A DNA stretch of 64,000 bases from Candidatus Omnitrophota bacterium (GCA_050250375.1 JBFWOS010000002.1:645149-709148), one strand, 5' to 3'. Numbered from the stretch's first letter, positions 10,574-21,020 are shown. Notes: generated from the sequence alone by a model not told the origin. Program-made: numbers and translations.

Positions 10574-11530
10574 ATGTCATCCCCACTGCTCGACCATAAT
10601 ATAGATCTTTTATCCGACAACAGGCTCTCTTCTTACACTACCTTCAAACTGGGCGGTCCTGCCAAAGGGATTATTCATTGCCGGACAGCGCAAGAATTGG
10701 TGTATACAGTTCTTTTGTTAAATTTCCAGCGTGAACGGTTTATCCTGATCGGAGGCGGTTCCAACCTGGTGGTCAGTGATCAAGGCCTGGATTGTTATGT
10801 CATCCGTTACGTCAGTGAGGCCCCAATCATTCGTTTGCGCGGACAGGAACTTGTTGTCGGGGCCGGAACAGTCTTGGACCATTTAGCCGCTTATTCAGCG
10901 ACGAAGGGCCTTTCTGGTTTGAATTATACGAGTGGAATTCCAGGAACAGTCGGTGGTGCCATTGTCGGCAATGCCGGGGCGTTCGGCCGGCAGGTTGGTG
11001 ATGTTTTAGTCTCGGCCACGATCATGGATTTAAAAGGACAAAAACGGACAGTTAAGAACGCTGAACTCAAATTTCAATACCGTCATTCGGTCCTAAAAGA
11101 AACACAGGATATAGTTTTGGAAGCGGTGTTTCAGGTGCAGGGTGCGGATCCCCTTCTCTTATTAAAAGAACGGGAAGAAATTTTGACGATCCGGCATGAA
11201 AAACATCCGGATTTAACGAAAAATCCTTGTGCGGGCAGTTTTTTTCGGAATATTGAACCAACGTCCAAAGCGGAACACCGCCAGGCGGCTGGTTGGTTTT
11301 TAGACAAGGCCGGTGGTAAATCGCTCGTCTACGGCGGGGCCGCAATTTATCCCAAACACGCAAATATTATCATCAAAAATCAGGACTGCTGCGCCCAGGA
11401 TGTCTTTGAATTATCCAAAATGATGGCTGGTCTGGCCAAGGTCCATTTTAACCTGGACCTTGAACGGGAAGTGCGTTTTGTCGGTCAATTTGAAGGAAAA
11501 CCGGCCCACATTTCTGACGTCATCTGGTAA
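10574..11530 (+). CDS. murB: UDP-N-acetylmuramate dehydrogenase
   Basis: TTFKLGG, GGGSNL, IPGTVGG, NAGAFG, YRHS, AGSFFRN, HANII, LEREV. Confidence 0.95.
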   Translation: MSSPLLDHNIDLLSDNRLSSYTTFKLGGPAKGIIHCRTAQELVYTVLLLNFQRERFILIGGGSNLVVSDQGLDCYVIRYVSEAPIIRLRGQELVVGAGTVLDHLAAYSATKGLSGLNYTSGIPGTVGGAIVGNAGAFGRQVGDVLVSATIMDLKGQKRTVKNAELKFQYRHSVLKETQDIVLEAVFQVQGADPLLLLKEREEILTIRHEKHPDLTKNPCAGSFFRNIEPTSKAEHRQAAGWFLDKAGGKSLVYGGAAIYPKHANIIIKNQDCCAQDVFELSKMMAGLAKVHFNLDLEREVRFVGQFEGKPAHISDVIW

Positions 11531-11534
11531 CCGG

Positions 11535-12488
11535 TTATTTTACGTCCTTCATTTTGTTTTCGAGCATTTGTTTCTGCTGTTCGTAAAATTTATCTTGTTC
11601 CTTCTTAAATTCTGCGCGTTCTTTATTCATCATCTCCAGCATTTTCGCATCGAGTTCTTTCTTTTCCGCTTCAAACTGCTTGATGGAATTCTCATGATCC
11701 TTCTTCATCTGGGCTAATTCTTTTTCATGCTGTTTCATGATCGCCATGCGTTCATTTTCAACCCGTTCGTTTTCTTTGGCCAGGTCTTTGAGCGCCATTT
11801 CATTCTCTTTAATCAGCTTCTTTTTTTCGACTTCATATTCTTTATCCCAGGCCTTGCTGTCTTTATCCAGTTTTGCCCGCATTTCTTTTTCTTCTGCGGC
11901 GTATTTTTCTTTGACCAGCTTGTTTTCTTTTTCCATTCTTTGTTGTTCCGTTTCAAACTGTTCCCGGAGGACTTTCATTTCATTTTCAAGCTGGGCTTTC
12001 GCGGCGGTGTTGTCTTCTTTCAGCTTCATTTTTTCCGCTTCGATCATTTTTTTGCTTTGGGCCTTTTCTTCTTCGATCGCCTTGCGGGCCGCTTCGTTTT
12101 CTTTAGCCATTTTTTCTTTCTTGGCGGCAAATTCTTTGGAGATCATTTGCTGTTCTTCCATGAGTTTGTCTTTGGCGGCTTTGTTGATTTCCTGCTGCGC
12201 GCGGATCTTGCTGATCAGGTTTTTTTGTTCATCCTTAAGGAGATTGTAATCTCCCTGCAATTTTTCGTTTTCTACATAAAGCCTTTTGTTTTTTTCCCGG
12301 ATGCTGTTGTTGTCTGAGGCCTGAGATTCATTGTCTTCGGCCATGGTATCTTGCTGCATCGAATATATATTTTTGTACGATTTCAATTGTTGCTGATAAA
12401 GAGAATCGTCACCGGCAAGCGATACAGAGGTAAATGTTAAGCCCAACAGCGTTACACCCAATAAAATGTTCAATGTCTTTAAATTCAT
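11535..12488 (-). CDS. Exported coiled-coil protein
   Basis: Signal peptide (SLA|G) followed by a long E/K-rich helical region. Confidence 0.75.
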   Translation of the reverse strand: MNLKTLNILLGVTLLGLTFTSVSLAGDDSLYQQQLKSYKNIYSMQQDTMAEDNESQASDNNSIREKNKRLYVENEKLQGDYNLLKDEQKNLISKIRAQQEINKAAKDKLMEEQQMISKEFAAKKEKMAKENEAARKAIEEEKAQSKKMIEAEKMKLKEDNTAAKAQLENEMKVLREQFETEQQRMEKENKLVKEKYAAEEKEMRAKLDKDSKAWDKEYEVEKKKLIKENEMALKDLAKENERVENERMAIMKQHEKELAQMKKDHENSIKQFEAEKKELDAKMLEMMNKERAEFKKEQDKFYEQQKQMLENKMKDVK

Positions 12489-12624
12489 GATATCTTCCTT
12501 TCCTCCAGAGAAATTAATATATGCACAAATATACCATATAATTCCCCATATACAAAATTTTTTAATACCACTAAGATTATTATTGCCAAATACTTATAAT
12601 ATACATATTTTGATATATATTATA

Positions 12625-13644
12625 CTATCCTCCGATTTGGAACATTTCGATCCTGGTTGTATGTTCCGGTTTGGCCGGTTGGGCGGCTCTGAGATTGGAA
12701 TATTGGTCTTTTCGTGTCCTCCAGACCGTGCGGATAAATTGTGTTAGGGTTTCGGTATCAGCGCCTTTTTGCAAAATCTCTTTGATATTCGGGCCGGTCT
12801 CGGCAAATAAACAGGTCACCAGCCGTCCGTCCGTTGTCAGCCGGATCCGGGTACAGGATTGGCAAAACGGCTGGGTCACCGACGAAATAAACCCGATTTC
12901 TCCCATTCCGTCTTTGAACCGGTACCGGTTGGCCACTTCACCATAATACTGACTTTCAGCCGGTTCAATCGGAAATTTCTGATTGATCCTCTGGACGATT
13001 TCTTTGGAAGGGACTACATATTTTCTTTCCCAATGATTACAGGTGCCCACATCCATATATTCGATAAAACGGACGATATGGCCGGTGCCGCGAAAGTAAT
13101 CAACCATGTCCAGGATTTGATGGTCGTTGACCCCTTTCTGCACGACCACATTGATTTTAATCGATTCAAATCCGGCTTTTTCAGCCGCTTTAAGTCCCAG
13201 AAGGACTTTTTGAATGGGGCTGTCCGTGCCGTTCATGACTTTAAAAACGCGGGAATCCAAAGTATCCAGGCTGACGGTCAGACGGCTTAAGCCGGCTTGT
13301 TTTAAAGGTTCAGCATATTCGCTCAATTTGGACCCGTTGGTGGTCAGAGCCAGGTCTTCGATTCCGGGCAGCCCGGAGAGTTTCTCAACCAGTTCCGTGA
13401 TCTTCGGGCGCAGCAGCGGCTCACCCCCGGTCAGCCGTATTTTCCGGACACCGCACTGGACGAACGCATCCGCGATCCTGTAAATATCGTCAAAACTCAA
13501 CCATTGTTCTTGGGCCAGAAATTGGTACGGGCCGTGGTCTTCTTCTTTCGGCATACAATAAGTGCAGCGGAAATTGCAGCGGTCGATGACCGAAATGCGC
13601 AGGTCATGTAATGGGCGGTTGAGCAGGTCGGTTGGTTTTTCCAT
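12625..13644 (-). CDS. moaA: GTP 3',8-cyclase
   Basis: CNFRCTYC radical SAM motif, FCQSCTRIR, C-terminal IGG. Confidence 0.96.
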   Translation of the reverse strand: MEKPTDLLNRPLHDLRISVIDRCNFRCTYCMPKEEDHGPYQFLAQEQWLSFDDIYRIADAFVQCGVRKIRLTGGEPLLRPKITELVEKLSGLPGIEDLALTTNGSKLSEYAEPLKQAGLSRLTVSLDTLDSRVFKVMNGTDSPIQKVLLGLKAAEKAGFESIKINVVVQKGVNDHQILDMVDYFRGTGHIVRFIEYMDVGTCNHWERKYVVPSKEIVQRINQKFPIEPAESQYYGEVANRYRFKDGMGEIGFISSVTQPFCQSCTRIRLTTDGRLVTCLFAETGPNIKEILQKGADTETLTQFIRTVWRTRKDQYSNLRAAQPAKPEHTTRIEMFQIGG

Positions 13645-13647
13645 CTC

Positions 13648-14103
13648 TTATTCCGTTGAAACGGTTGATTGATTGTTTAAAGCGGCCTTGAGTGTGTACC
13701 AGCCGAGGTTGGCGCATTTAATCCGGCCCGGATAATCCCAGATTCCTTTAAAGACGGTGATTTCCCCCAGGCAGTTCTGTTCCCGGTCGGGATCCAGCGT
13801 TTTATTGATCAAGCGTATAAATTCTTCAAAGATATTTTGAAACTCCTGAATACCAGCATTCATCAGCCGTCCGGTCATCAGGGACGCGGAACTTTTGCAG
13901 ACCGCGCAGCAATCACCCGTAAAGGAAAGCCCCCGGAACTGCTCATCCTGGGCATACACATAAACCGTGATTTCATCCCCGCACACGGGGTTATAACCGA
14001 CGGCTGAATGTGTATATTTTTTTAATTTAAGGAAATTCTGCGGACGCTGGCTGTGTTTGACCACGGTTTTCTGATAAAAAGAATTGGATAATTTCTGGTC
14101 CAT
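13648..14103 (-). CDS. sufU: SufU/IscU Fe-S assembly protein
   Basis: NPVCGD, CAVCKSSAS, RIKCA. Confidence 0.9.
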   Translation of the reverse strand: MDQKLSNSFYQKTVVKHSQRPQNFLKLKKYTHSAVGYNPVCGDEITVYVYAQDEQFRGLSFTGDCCAVCKSSASLMTGRLMNAGIQEFQNIFEEFIRLINKTLDPDREQNCLGEITVFKGIWDYPGRIKCANLGWYTLKAALNNQSTVSTE

Positions 14104-14108
14104 GGGCG

Positions 14109-15344
14109 TTATTGAAACACCTCAATGGCCTTTTTCACCGCGTTGATGAATTGGTCAATTTCCGTTCGTGTATTATAAATGGAAAAGGACGCCCGGGATG
14201 TGGCGCTGATCCCGAAATGTTTCATCACCGGCTGGGTGCAGTGGTGTCCGGTCCGGATGGCCACCCCTTCCTCATCAACCAGAGTGCCCATGTCATGCGG
14301 GTGGACATCAGGGTGAATAAAAGACAGTACTGAAGTTTTGGATTTGGCCGTTCCGATGACCCGGATCCCGGGTAATTCGGTTATACGTTTGGTCGCGTAC
14401 TCAAGCAGGTCCTTGCGGTGGTTCCGGCTTTTTTCCAGATCAATCGAATTCACATAATCAATCGCCGCGCCCAGTCCGATCACATCCGCGATGTTTGGAG
14501 TTCCGGCCTCAAATTTATACGGCAGTTTGTTATAAATTGTTTTTTCAAACGTAACGGAAGAAATCATATCGCCCCCGCCTTTATACGGCGGCATCTTGTT
14601 TAATAATTTAGATTTTCCGTAAAGGATTCCGACACCGGTCGGACCGAAAAGTTTGTGGGATGAAAAAACCAGAAAATCACAATCCAGCGCCTGCACATCA
14701 ATGGAGGTATAACTCACCGCCTGCGCGGCGTCCAAAAGGACCGGGACATGAAACCGGTGGGCTTCCTGGATAATTTCTTTGACCGGGTTGATGGTGCCTA
14801 ACGAATTCGAAATATAAACCACGGAAACGAGTTTGGTCTTTTCGTTCAGGAGCCGTTTAAAGGCGGCCATATCCAGTTCACCCTTCTCATCAAACGGCAC
14901 AATTTTCAGGATACATTTTTTTTCTTCCGCCAGCATCTGCCAGGGGACAATATTGGAATGGTGTTCCATCTCGGTGATCAGGATTTCGTCCCCGGCCTCG
15001 ATAAAGGCCCGGCCGTACGTCTGGGCGACCAGGTTAATGCCGTCGGTCGTTCCTCCGGTAATGATGATTTCATCCGGACTGCCGGCGTTCAAAAAGTGTT
15101 TGATTTTTTCACGGCTTCCTTCATAGGCCGACGTGGCCTTTTCGCTCAGGGTGTGCACGCCGCGGTGGACATTTGATGTCTCCTGCGTGTAATGGTGCAG
15201 CAGGGTATCGATGACGCAGCGGGGCTTAAAGGTCGTCGCCGCGTTATCCAGATAGACCAGCGGCTTACCGTGCACTTTAACCGACAGATTTGGAAATTCC
15301 TGCCGGATGGCTTCGACATTAAATTCGGTTGGTTGATTTTTCAT
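14109..15344 (-). CDS. sufS: Cysteine desulfurase
   Basis: YLDNAAT, EHHSN, SHKLFGP, RTGHHC. Confidence 0.96.
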   Translation of the reverse strand: MKNQPTEFNVEAIRQEFPNLSVKVHGKPLVYLDNAATTFKPRCVIDTLLHHYTQETSNVHRGVHTLSEKATSAYEGSREKIKHFLNAGSPDEIIITGGTTDGINLVAQTYGRAFIEAGDEILITEMEHHSNIVPWQMLAEEKKCILKIVPFDEKGELDMAAFKRLLNEKTKLVSVVYISNSLGTINPVKEIIQEAHRFHVPVLLDAAQAVSYTSIDVQALDCDFLVFSSHKLFGPTGVGILYGKSKLLNKMPPYKGGGDMISSVTFEKTIYNKLPYKFEAGTPNIADVIGLGAAIDYVNSIDLEKSRNHRKDLLEYATKRITELPGIRVIGTAKSKTSVLSFIHPDVHPHDMGTLVDEEGVAIRTGHHCTQPVMKHFGISATSRASFSIYNTRTEIDQFINAVKKAIEVFQ

Positions 15345-16663
15345 TACAGTTGGGCAAACGACGGTTCCAGCAGGGTAAGCAGTTTGCGTTTGATTTCCTG
15401 ATTTTTAACCGTGTTGAGAAGGTCGTCCACAAATCCTTTTACGAGCATCTTCTTGCTTTCCGCCTGTCCGATGCAGCGGGTCTGCAGATAAAACATCTCA
15501 TCCGCATCAAGCTGGCCGATCGTCGCGCCGTGAGTGCAGCGCACATCATCGGCAAAAATCTCGAGTTGCGGTTTGGTATCGACCCGGCATTTGTCACCGA
15601 GCAGCAGGTTTTTGTTTAACTGGTACGAATTGGTCTTCTGGGCAATCGGTTTGACAAAGATCTTGCCGTTAAAGACCGCCCGCGAAGACTGGTTCAAGAC
15701 CCCTTTGTACAGCTGGTTGCTGACGCAATTGGGAAACCGGTGATCCACCGCCGTGTGATTGTCAACATGCTGATGGCCGTAAAGGCAATAAAGTCCGTTT
15801 AACGTTGAGTTGATCCCTTCTCCGTTTAAGACGATATCCAGGTTATTGCGGTTGATCGCGCTTCCGGTCATGACGCAGATGCTGTCGAGATTTGAATTTT
15901 GCTCCTGCCAGACCCGTGTGCTGTTGATGTGATAAGCCTTTAAGCTTTCATGCTGGGCCTTGCTGTAATGCAAGGTCGCATTTTCAGCCAGGTGAATATC
16001 GGTCAACGCGTTCGTAAAATAAATGATCTCCTGGTTGAAGGCAATATGGCTTTCCAGCACCGTCGATTCGGACGATTTTCCTGCCAGGATAATCGTGCGC
16101 GGGAATGACAAGGCCTCGCCGTTGGACGAACTGGTGACATGGACCACATGGACATATTCCGGGACAATGCAATTCGGGGCGATCTCGATGAAAACCCCGT
16201 TGTCGGTCAAGGCGGTATTCAGAGCCACAAACGGAGCGGATTGGTTCGCCGAGTATTTTGATAATAACGTTTTAATTTTTTCGCCATGAGTTTTCAATGC
16301 GGCCGCCAGGGGCAGAACAGTCACCCCTTTGGGCAGACGGTCCAGCTTTGAATGCTGTTCACTGAAATGACCGTTGACATAAGTAATCTGGAGCGGATGG
16401 CCGGCACAGTACTGATCAAAGGCGGTTTGTTCCTTTAACTGGGCGTTGCCGTTGACATTATATTTTTGGTTGATGACCGTCGAAAGGTTGGTGTATTTCC
16501 ATTCCTCATCTTTTACGGTCGGAACACCGGTCTTTTCAAATCGGGTCAGGCTGTTTAACTTTAGTTCTTTTAACCAGCTGACCGGTTCCTGCTCAATCCT
16601 CTCATCCGTCAATTGTTTGAAGTTCTGGATAAAGGATGTCGTTTGTATGGATTTTTCACTCAT
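15344..16663 (-). CDS. sufD: Fe-S assembly protein SufD
   Basis: EEWKYT, KPQLEIFADDVRCTHGATIG. Confidence 0.95.
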   Translation of the reverse strand: MSEKSIQTTSFIQNFKQLTDERIEQEPVSWLKELKLNSLTRFEKTGVPTVKDEEWKYTNLSTVINQKYNVNGNAQLKEQTAFDQYCAGHPLQITYVNGHFSEQHSKLDRLPKGVTVLPLAAALKTHGEKIKTLLSKYSANQSAPFVALNTALTDNGVFIEIAPNCIVPEYVHVVHVTSSSNGEALSFPRTIILAGKSSESTVLESHIAFNQEIIYFTNALTDIHLAENATLHYSKAQHESLKAYHINSTRVWQEQNSNLDSICVMTGSAINRNNLDIVLNGEGINSTLNGLYCLYGHQHVDNHTAVDHRFPNCVSNQLYKGVLNQSSRAVFNGKIFVKPIAQKTNSYQLNKNLLLGDKCRVDTKPQLEIFADDVRCTHGATIGQLDADEMFYLQTRCIGQAESKKMLVKGFVDDLLNTVKNQEIKRKLLTLLEPSFAQL

Positions 16664-16683
16664 TATGTATTCTTCCTTAAATG

Positions 16684-17442
16684 TTAATTGATTAGCCAGT
16701 CGTATCCCTTTTCTTCAACGGCAAGGGCCAATTCTTTTCCTTCGGATTTAATGATTTTTCCATCGACCAGGATGTGGACAAAATCCGGGACGATATAATT
16801 CAGCAAACGCTGGTAATGGGTGATGATCAGGCTGGCATTGTCTTTACGTTTCAGTTTGTTGACCCCGTTGGCCACGATTTTCATGGAATCGATATCGAGC
16901 CCGGAATCGGTCTCATCCAGGACCGAGAAACGCGGGTTCAGGATGGCCATCTGGAGAATCTCGTTGCGCTTTTTTTCACCGCCGGAAAAATCCACATTCA
17001 GCGGGCGCTGGGTAAACTTGTCATCCATCTCGAGCATCTTAAGTTTTGTCTGCATATAGTCGTTAAACGCGACCGGGTCCATTTCTTCGGCGCCCTGATG
17101 GCGGCAGATTTCATTAAAGGCCGCCCGTAAAAATACGCTGGTGTTGACCCCCGGGATTTCGACCGGATACTGAAACGCGAGGAAAATCCCTTCCCTCGCA
17201 CGTTTTTCAGGATCCAGTTCCAGGATGTTGATTTTTTTGAAGTTGACTTCGTAAATGATTTCACCTTCAGTCACTTCATACTGCGGATGCCCGGCGATGA
17301 TCTTGGCCAGTGTGCTTTTGCCGGAACCGTTCGGTCCCATGATCGCATGGACTTCTCCTGGGTTAATCTTTAAATTAATCCCTTTCAGGATTTCTGTATC
17401 GTTATCTTCAACTTTTACGTGTAAATTTTTAATTTCAATCAT
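16684..17442 (-). CDS. sufC: Fe-S assembly ATPase SufC
   Basis: GPNGSGKST, FQYPVEIPG, FSGGEKKR, LDETDSGLD. Confidence 0.97.
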   Translation of the reverse strand: MIEIKNLHVKVEDNDTEILKGINLKINPGEVHAIMGPNGSGKSTLAKIIAGHPQYEVTEGEIIYEVNFKKINILELDPEKRAREGIFLAFQYPVEIPGVNTSVFLRAAFNEICRHQGAEEMDPVAFNDYMQTKLKMLEMDDKFTQRPLNVDFSGGEKKRNEILQMAILNPRFSVLDETDSGLDIDSMKIVANGVNKLKRKDNASLIITHYQRLLNYIVPDFVHILVDGKIIKSEGKELALAVEEKGYDWLIN

Positions 17443-17522
17443 TACGTTTTGTCCTCGCTTATCTGTACAATGTCACAGGTGACTTATGTCGTGTGACGTA
17501 TTTTTGGTTCATTGTTTGGTTC

Positions 17523-19013
17523 TTATCCTACGGATCCTTCCAGTTTCATTTCCAGCAATTTGACGGCTTCAACGGCAAATTCCAGAGGCAGTTCCTTGAA
17601 GACCTCCTTGCAGAATCCGTTAATGATCAGGGAGATCGATGCCTCAAGATCAAGCCCGCGGCTGGTCAGATAAAACAATTGTTCCGCGTTGATTTTCGAT
17701 GTGGAAGCTTCGTGTTCCATCGTCGCGGAATTATTGTTGATTTCAATATATGGAAACGTGTTGGCGGAACATTTATTGCCGACCAGCATGGAATCGCACT
17801 GGGAATAATTCCGGGCATTGTCCGCGGAGGGCTGAACTTTCACCAGCCCCCGGTACGTATTGTTGGATTCATCGGTGGAGATCCCTTTGGAAACAATCGT
17901 GCTCGTTGTGTTTTTTCCGATGTGGATCATTTTTGTCCCTGTGTCGGCCTGCATGCGGTGATTGGTCAGCGCGACTGAATAAAATTCGCCGACCGAATCG
18001 TCCCCCTGCAGGATGACGCTGGGGTATTTCCAGGTGATGGCCGATCCGGCCTCAACCTGGGTCCAGGAGATCTTGGAGCGTTTCCCTGCGCATTTGCCGC
18101 GCTTGGTCACGAAATTGTAGACCCCGCCCTTGCCTTCCTTATCGCCGGAATACCAGTTCTGGACCGTCGAATATTTAATCTCGGCCTTGTCCAGCGCGAT
18201 CAGTTCAACGACGGCCGCGTGCAGTTGGTTTTCATCCCGGGATGGTGCCGTGCAGCCTTCCAGATAACTGACGTAACTGCTGTCCTCGGCGATAATCAGC
18301 GTGCGTTCAAATTGGCCTGTCCCGGCCGAATTGATCCGGAAATAGGTCGAAAGTTCCAGCGGGCAGCGTACGCCTTTCGGGATAAAACAGAATGAACCGT
18401 CGCTGAAAACAGCGGAATTCAGGGCAGCGAAAAAGTTATCGCTGTAAGGAACAACGGAGCCGAGATATTTTTTGACCAGGTCCGGATGGTTCGCGATGGC
18501 CTCGGTGATGGAACAGAAAATGACCCCGACCTTTTCCAGTTCGGACTGATGGGTTGTCCCCACCGAGACGCTGTCAAAGACGGCATCAACTGCAACCCCG
18601 CTCAGCCGTTTCTGTTCACTCAACGGGATACCGAGTTTTTCAAAGGTCTTTAATAATTCCGGATCAACGTCTTTTAAATCTTTCACCCCTTCTTTGACAT
18701 TTTTGGGGGCGGTATAATAACTCAGCGCCTGGTAATCGATCGGCCCATAGGTAAAATTCGGCCAGTGCGGTTCTTTCAAGGTACACCAGTGGCGGTAGGC
18801 CTTCAGCCGCCATTCACGCATCCAGTCGGGTTCTTTTTTCTTGTCAGAAATCAGGTTGATGACGCCTTCGTTCAGGCCGGCCGGGATGCGGTCGGTCTCG
18901 ATGTCGGTAAAAAAACCGTATTTATAATCGCGCGACGACAAGGCGTTTTGTTCGATGGTTTTTTCATTGAGCAATTTTTCTTCAACAGCTTTATTCATGG
19001 GATTGTCCTTCAC
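17523..19013 (-). CDS. sufB: Fe-S assembly protein SufB
   Basis: YKYGF, FDSVSV, GQFERT, EGCTAP, HEASTS; start GTG 19013 or ATG 18998. Confidence 0.97.
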   Translation of the reverse strand: MKDNPMNKAVEEKLLNEKTIEQNALSSRDYKYGFFTDIETDRIPAGLNEGVINLISDKKKEPDWMREWRLKAYRHWCTLKEPHWPNFTYGPIDYQALSYYTAPKNVKEGVKDLKDVDPELLKTFEKLGIPLSEQKRLSGVAVDAVFDSVSVGTTHQSELEKVGVIFCSITEAIANHPDLVKKYLGSVVPYSDNFFAALNSAVFSDGSFCFIPKGVRCPLELSTYFRINSAGTGQFERTLIIAEDSSYVSYLEGCTAPSRDENQLHAAVVELIALDKAEIKYSTVQNWYSGDKEGKGGVYNFVTKRGKCAGKRSKISWTQVEAGSAITWKYPSVILQGDDSVGEFYSVALTNHRMQADTGTKMIHIGKNTTSTIVSKGISTDESNNTYRGLVKVQPSADNARNYSQCDSMLVGNKCSANTFPYIEINNNSATMEHEASTSKINAEQLFYLTSRGLDLEASISLIINGFCKEVFKELPLEFAVEAVKLLEMKLEGSVG

Positions 19014-19014
19014 G

Positions 19015-19482
19015 TTAGGAGTTGGCTCCTTCTAATGACTGTTTTTTGGACCGGATATTTTTTTCTTTGGAATGTTTGGATTCCAGGAGTTCTCCGATCG
19101 AGATGGAACTGAACAGTTTATTGATATTTTCATTTAACGACAGCATCGGGGAAATAATATGGCACGTGTGGTTGATCTCACAGCAGGAATATTCCCCGTG
19201 AAAACAATTGGCTATTTCAATCGGGCCGACGATCATCAGCGACAGGTCGCACAGTGATAATTTCGTCAGGTCGCGGATAATCTGGTAACCGCCTTTCGCG
19301 CCCTGTTCGGCCTGCAGGATTTCCTGCTGGGTCATGATCTGCAGGACCCGGGACGTCGGGTCAAACGGCGTTTTGTAAATATCACAGATCTCTTTGGCCG
19401 AAGTCAATTGACCAGGACTTTTGTGGCTCATGTGTTTGAGCGCGATGAGCGCGTATTCGATTTTGCGATTAATTTTAAACAT
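19015..19482 (-). CDS. Rrf2-family regulator (IscR/SufR-like)
   Basis: EYALIAL, GAKGGY wing, Cys cluster C-x6-CC-x5-C; leads the suf operon. Confidence 0.9.
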   Translation of the reverse strand: MFKINRKIEYALIALKHMSHKSPGQLTSAKEICDIYKTPFDPTSRVLQIMTQQEILQAEQGAKGGYQIIRDLTKLSLCDLSLMIVGPIEIANCFHGEYSCCEINHTCHIISPMLSLNENINKLFSSISIGELLESKHSKEKNIRSKKQSLEGANS

Positions 19483-19488
19483 AATTAA

Positions 19489-19516
19489 GTGAGAAGTGAT
19501 AAGGGATAAGTGATAA
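19489..19516. repeat. Heptamer tandem array, left arm of element A
   Basis: GTGAGAA GTGATAA GGGATAA GTGATAA. Confidence 0.9.
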
Positions 19517-19528
19517 GGTTTTGAATGA

Positions 19529-19882
19529 TTATTTGAGTTTCATTCTCAAACCATTGATCATTTTTCCGACTTCTTCCGCATCTTGGATTAATTTTTCAAA
19601 TTCCTGTTTAGTGCAATATTCTAAATCACAACTTAAAATTAGATGGTACTTTGTTTCCTGCAATGAACCTTGGGCAATCATGAGAAACCGTGAAAATTCT
19701 TTGGTCTGTTTCCGATGGCCCTCGGCAATATTGGCGCAAATTGAAACGGATGACCGGCGTATTTGACTGATTAAACCAAACAATTCATCTTTCGGAAATT
19801 TCTTGGTTAATTTGTAAATGTTTAGCGTCAATTTGTGCGCTTTTTGCCAAACAAATAAATCCTGAAAATTTATTATACTCAT
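19529..19882 (-). CDS. Four-helix-bundle protein (23S IVP / bAvd-like)
   Basis: FQDLFVWQKAH..IY..TKKFPKDELFGLISQIRRSSVSICANIAEG..IAQGSLQE. Confidence 0.93.
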   Translation of the reverse strand: MSIINFQDLFVWQKAHKLTLNIYKLTKKFPKDELFGLISQIRRSSVSICANIAEGHRKQTKEFSRFLMIAQGSLQETKYHLILSCDLEYCTKQEFEKLIQDAEEVGKMINGLRMKLK

Positions 19883-19930
19883 AACATCCCCTTTCGCTAT
19901 TTTTTTCGGGGGATGAAACTATTTTTTTAC

Positions 19931-19958
19931 TTATCCCTTATCCCTTCTCACTTATCCC
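19931..19958. repeat. Heptamer tandem array, right (inverted) arm of element A
   Basis: TTATCCC TTATCCC TTCTCAC TTATCCC, reverse complement of the left-arm units. Confidence 0.9.
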
Positions 19959-20307
19959 TTTTCAGATCTACCTGAAGCGTATTAATTTTCGCCGCCAGGA
20001 TAAAATCGTTTTCTGACAATCCGCCGATTTTATGTGTGCTTAATTCCACCCTCAGGTTGCGGTAGCCGGTCAGATGGACATCCGGATGGTGATTGTCCTT
20101 TTCAGCCAAATCAGCAATGGCCTGGATGAATTGAACCGCCGCGATAAAATTCTTCATGACGAACAGGCGGAAGATCCCGTTTCCCGTATCCGTCATCTGC
20201 CAGCCCGGTATGGCCGTTAATTGGACGGCTGCCTCACTCTTATTCATCGGGGGAAGTCCGCCTTCACAGGGCTTGCACTTTTTTTGGGTTAAAGGAATAT
20301 CCGTCAT
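19948..20307 (-). CDS. Pterin-4a-carbinolamine dehydratase
   Basis: CKPCEGG, AEKDNHHPD, THKIGGLSENDFILAAKI; last codons and stop lie in the heptamer array. Confidence 0.92.
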   Translation of the reverse strand: MTDIPLTQKKCKPCEGGLPPMNKSEAAVQLTAIPGWQMTDTGNGIFRLFVMKNFIAAVQFIQAIADLAEKDNHHPDVHLTGYRNLRVELSTHKIGGLSENDFILAAKINTLQVDLKRDK

Positions 20308-20314
20308 GATCGGA

Positions 20315-20896
20315 TTAATACATTTCCGCCAGTTCAACCGTGATTTCCGGGTTAAACTGATCCTTTAAAATATTTTCAATCGCTTTCATCGTCCCCATGG
20401 AAGAACTTGGGCATGATCCGCAGGCACCTTGATAAAAAACCCGCAATACATTATTTTCATAACTGGTCAGCTGGATGTCCCCGCCGTCCATCTGCAGGGC
20501 CGGGCGCACCGTCTGATCCAGGATCGAATTGATCTGCTCCATTTCCGGAGAACTCTGGGCGGGGGCTTTGGACTCCACCTTGTTTTCTTCCACCTGGAAT
20601 TCCGGATTGTGGTCTTTGGCTTTTTCCATGATCGTCGCCCGGATCTTTTCTTCAAGGTCATCCCAGTCGGCTGATCCGTCCTGGGTCACGGTGATATAAT
20701 TGTCGTAAAAATAGACTTCATTGATCGCGGGGCTTAATTCAAAAATGCCTTTGGCCAACGGGTTATGTTCACATGCCCCGTTTTTTTTATAGGTAAAATT
20801 CCCCTCTTTTTTAACCGGTATATTCAGGACGAATTTCAGGGCATTCGGGTTCGGGGTGCTTTGGATCATTAATCGGATGTCCATATTGATCTCCAT
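20315..20896 (-). CDS. NfuA/NifU-type Fe-S carrier (Nfu-N plus NifU-C)
   Basis: TPNPNALKF; VRPALQMDGGD; GACGSCPSS. Confidence 0.92.
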   Translation of the reverse strand: MEINMDIRLMIQSTPNPNALKFVLNIPVKKEGNFTYKKNGACEHNPLAKGIFELSPAINEVYFYDNYITVTQDGSADWDDLEEKIRATIMEKAKDHNPEFQVEENKVESKAPAQSSPEMEQINSILDQTVRPALQMDGGDIQLTSYENNVLRVFYQGACGSCPSSSMGTMKAIENILKDQFNPEITVELAEMY

Positions 20897-21020
20897 TGTT
20901 TTGATTGATTGCCAGAATAGTTCAGGCGGTCATATACTTCAAAAAATAACTTATTTCGGCTACTAATATTACATATAATAATAGATAAATCAAGGTTTTT
21001 TCCCAGGCATCCGGTGTTTT

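Noticed and set aside
11727-12317. Long Phe- or Ser-rich plus-strand ORFs
   Set aside because: Antisense shadows of the E/K-rich coiled-coil gene.
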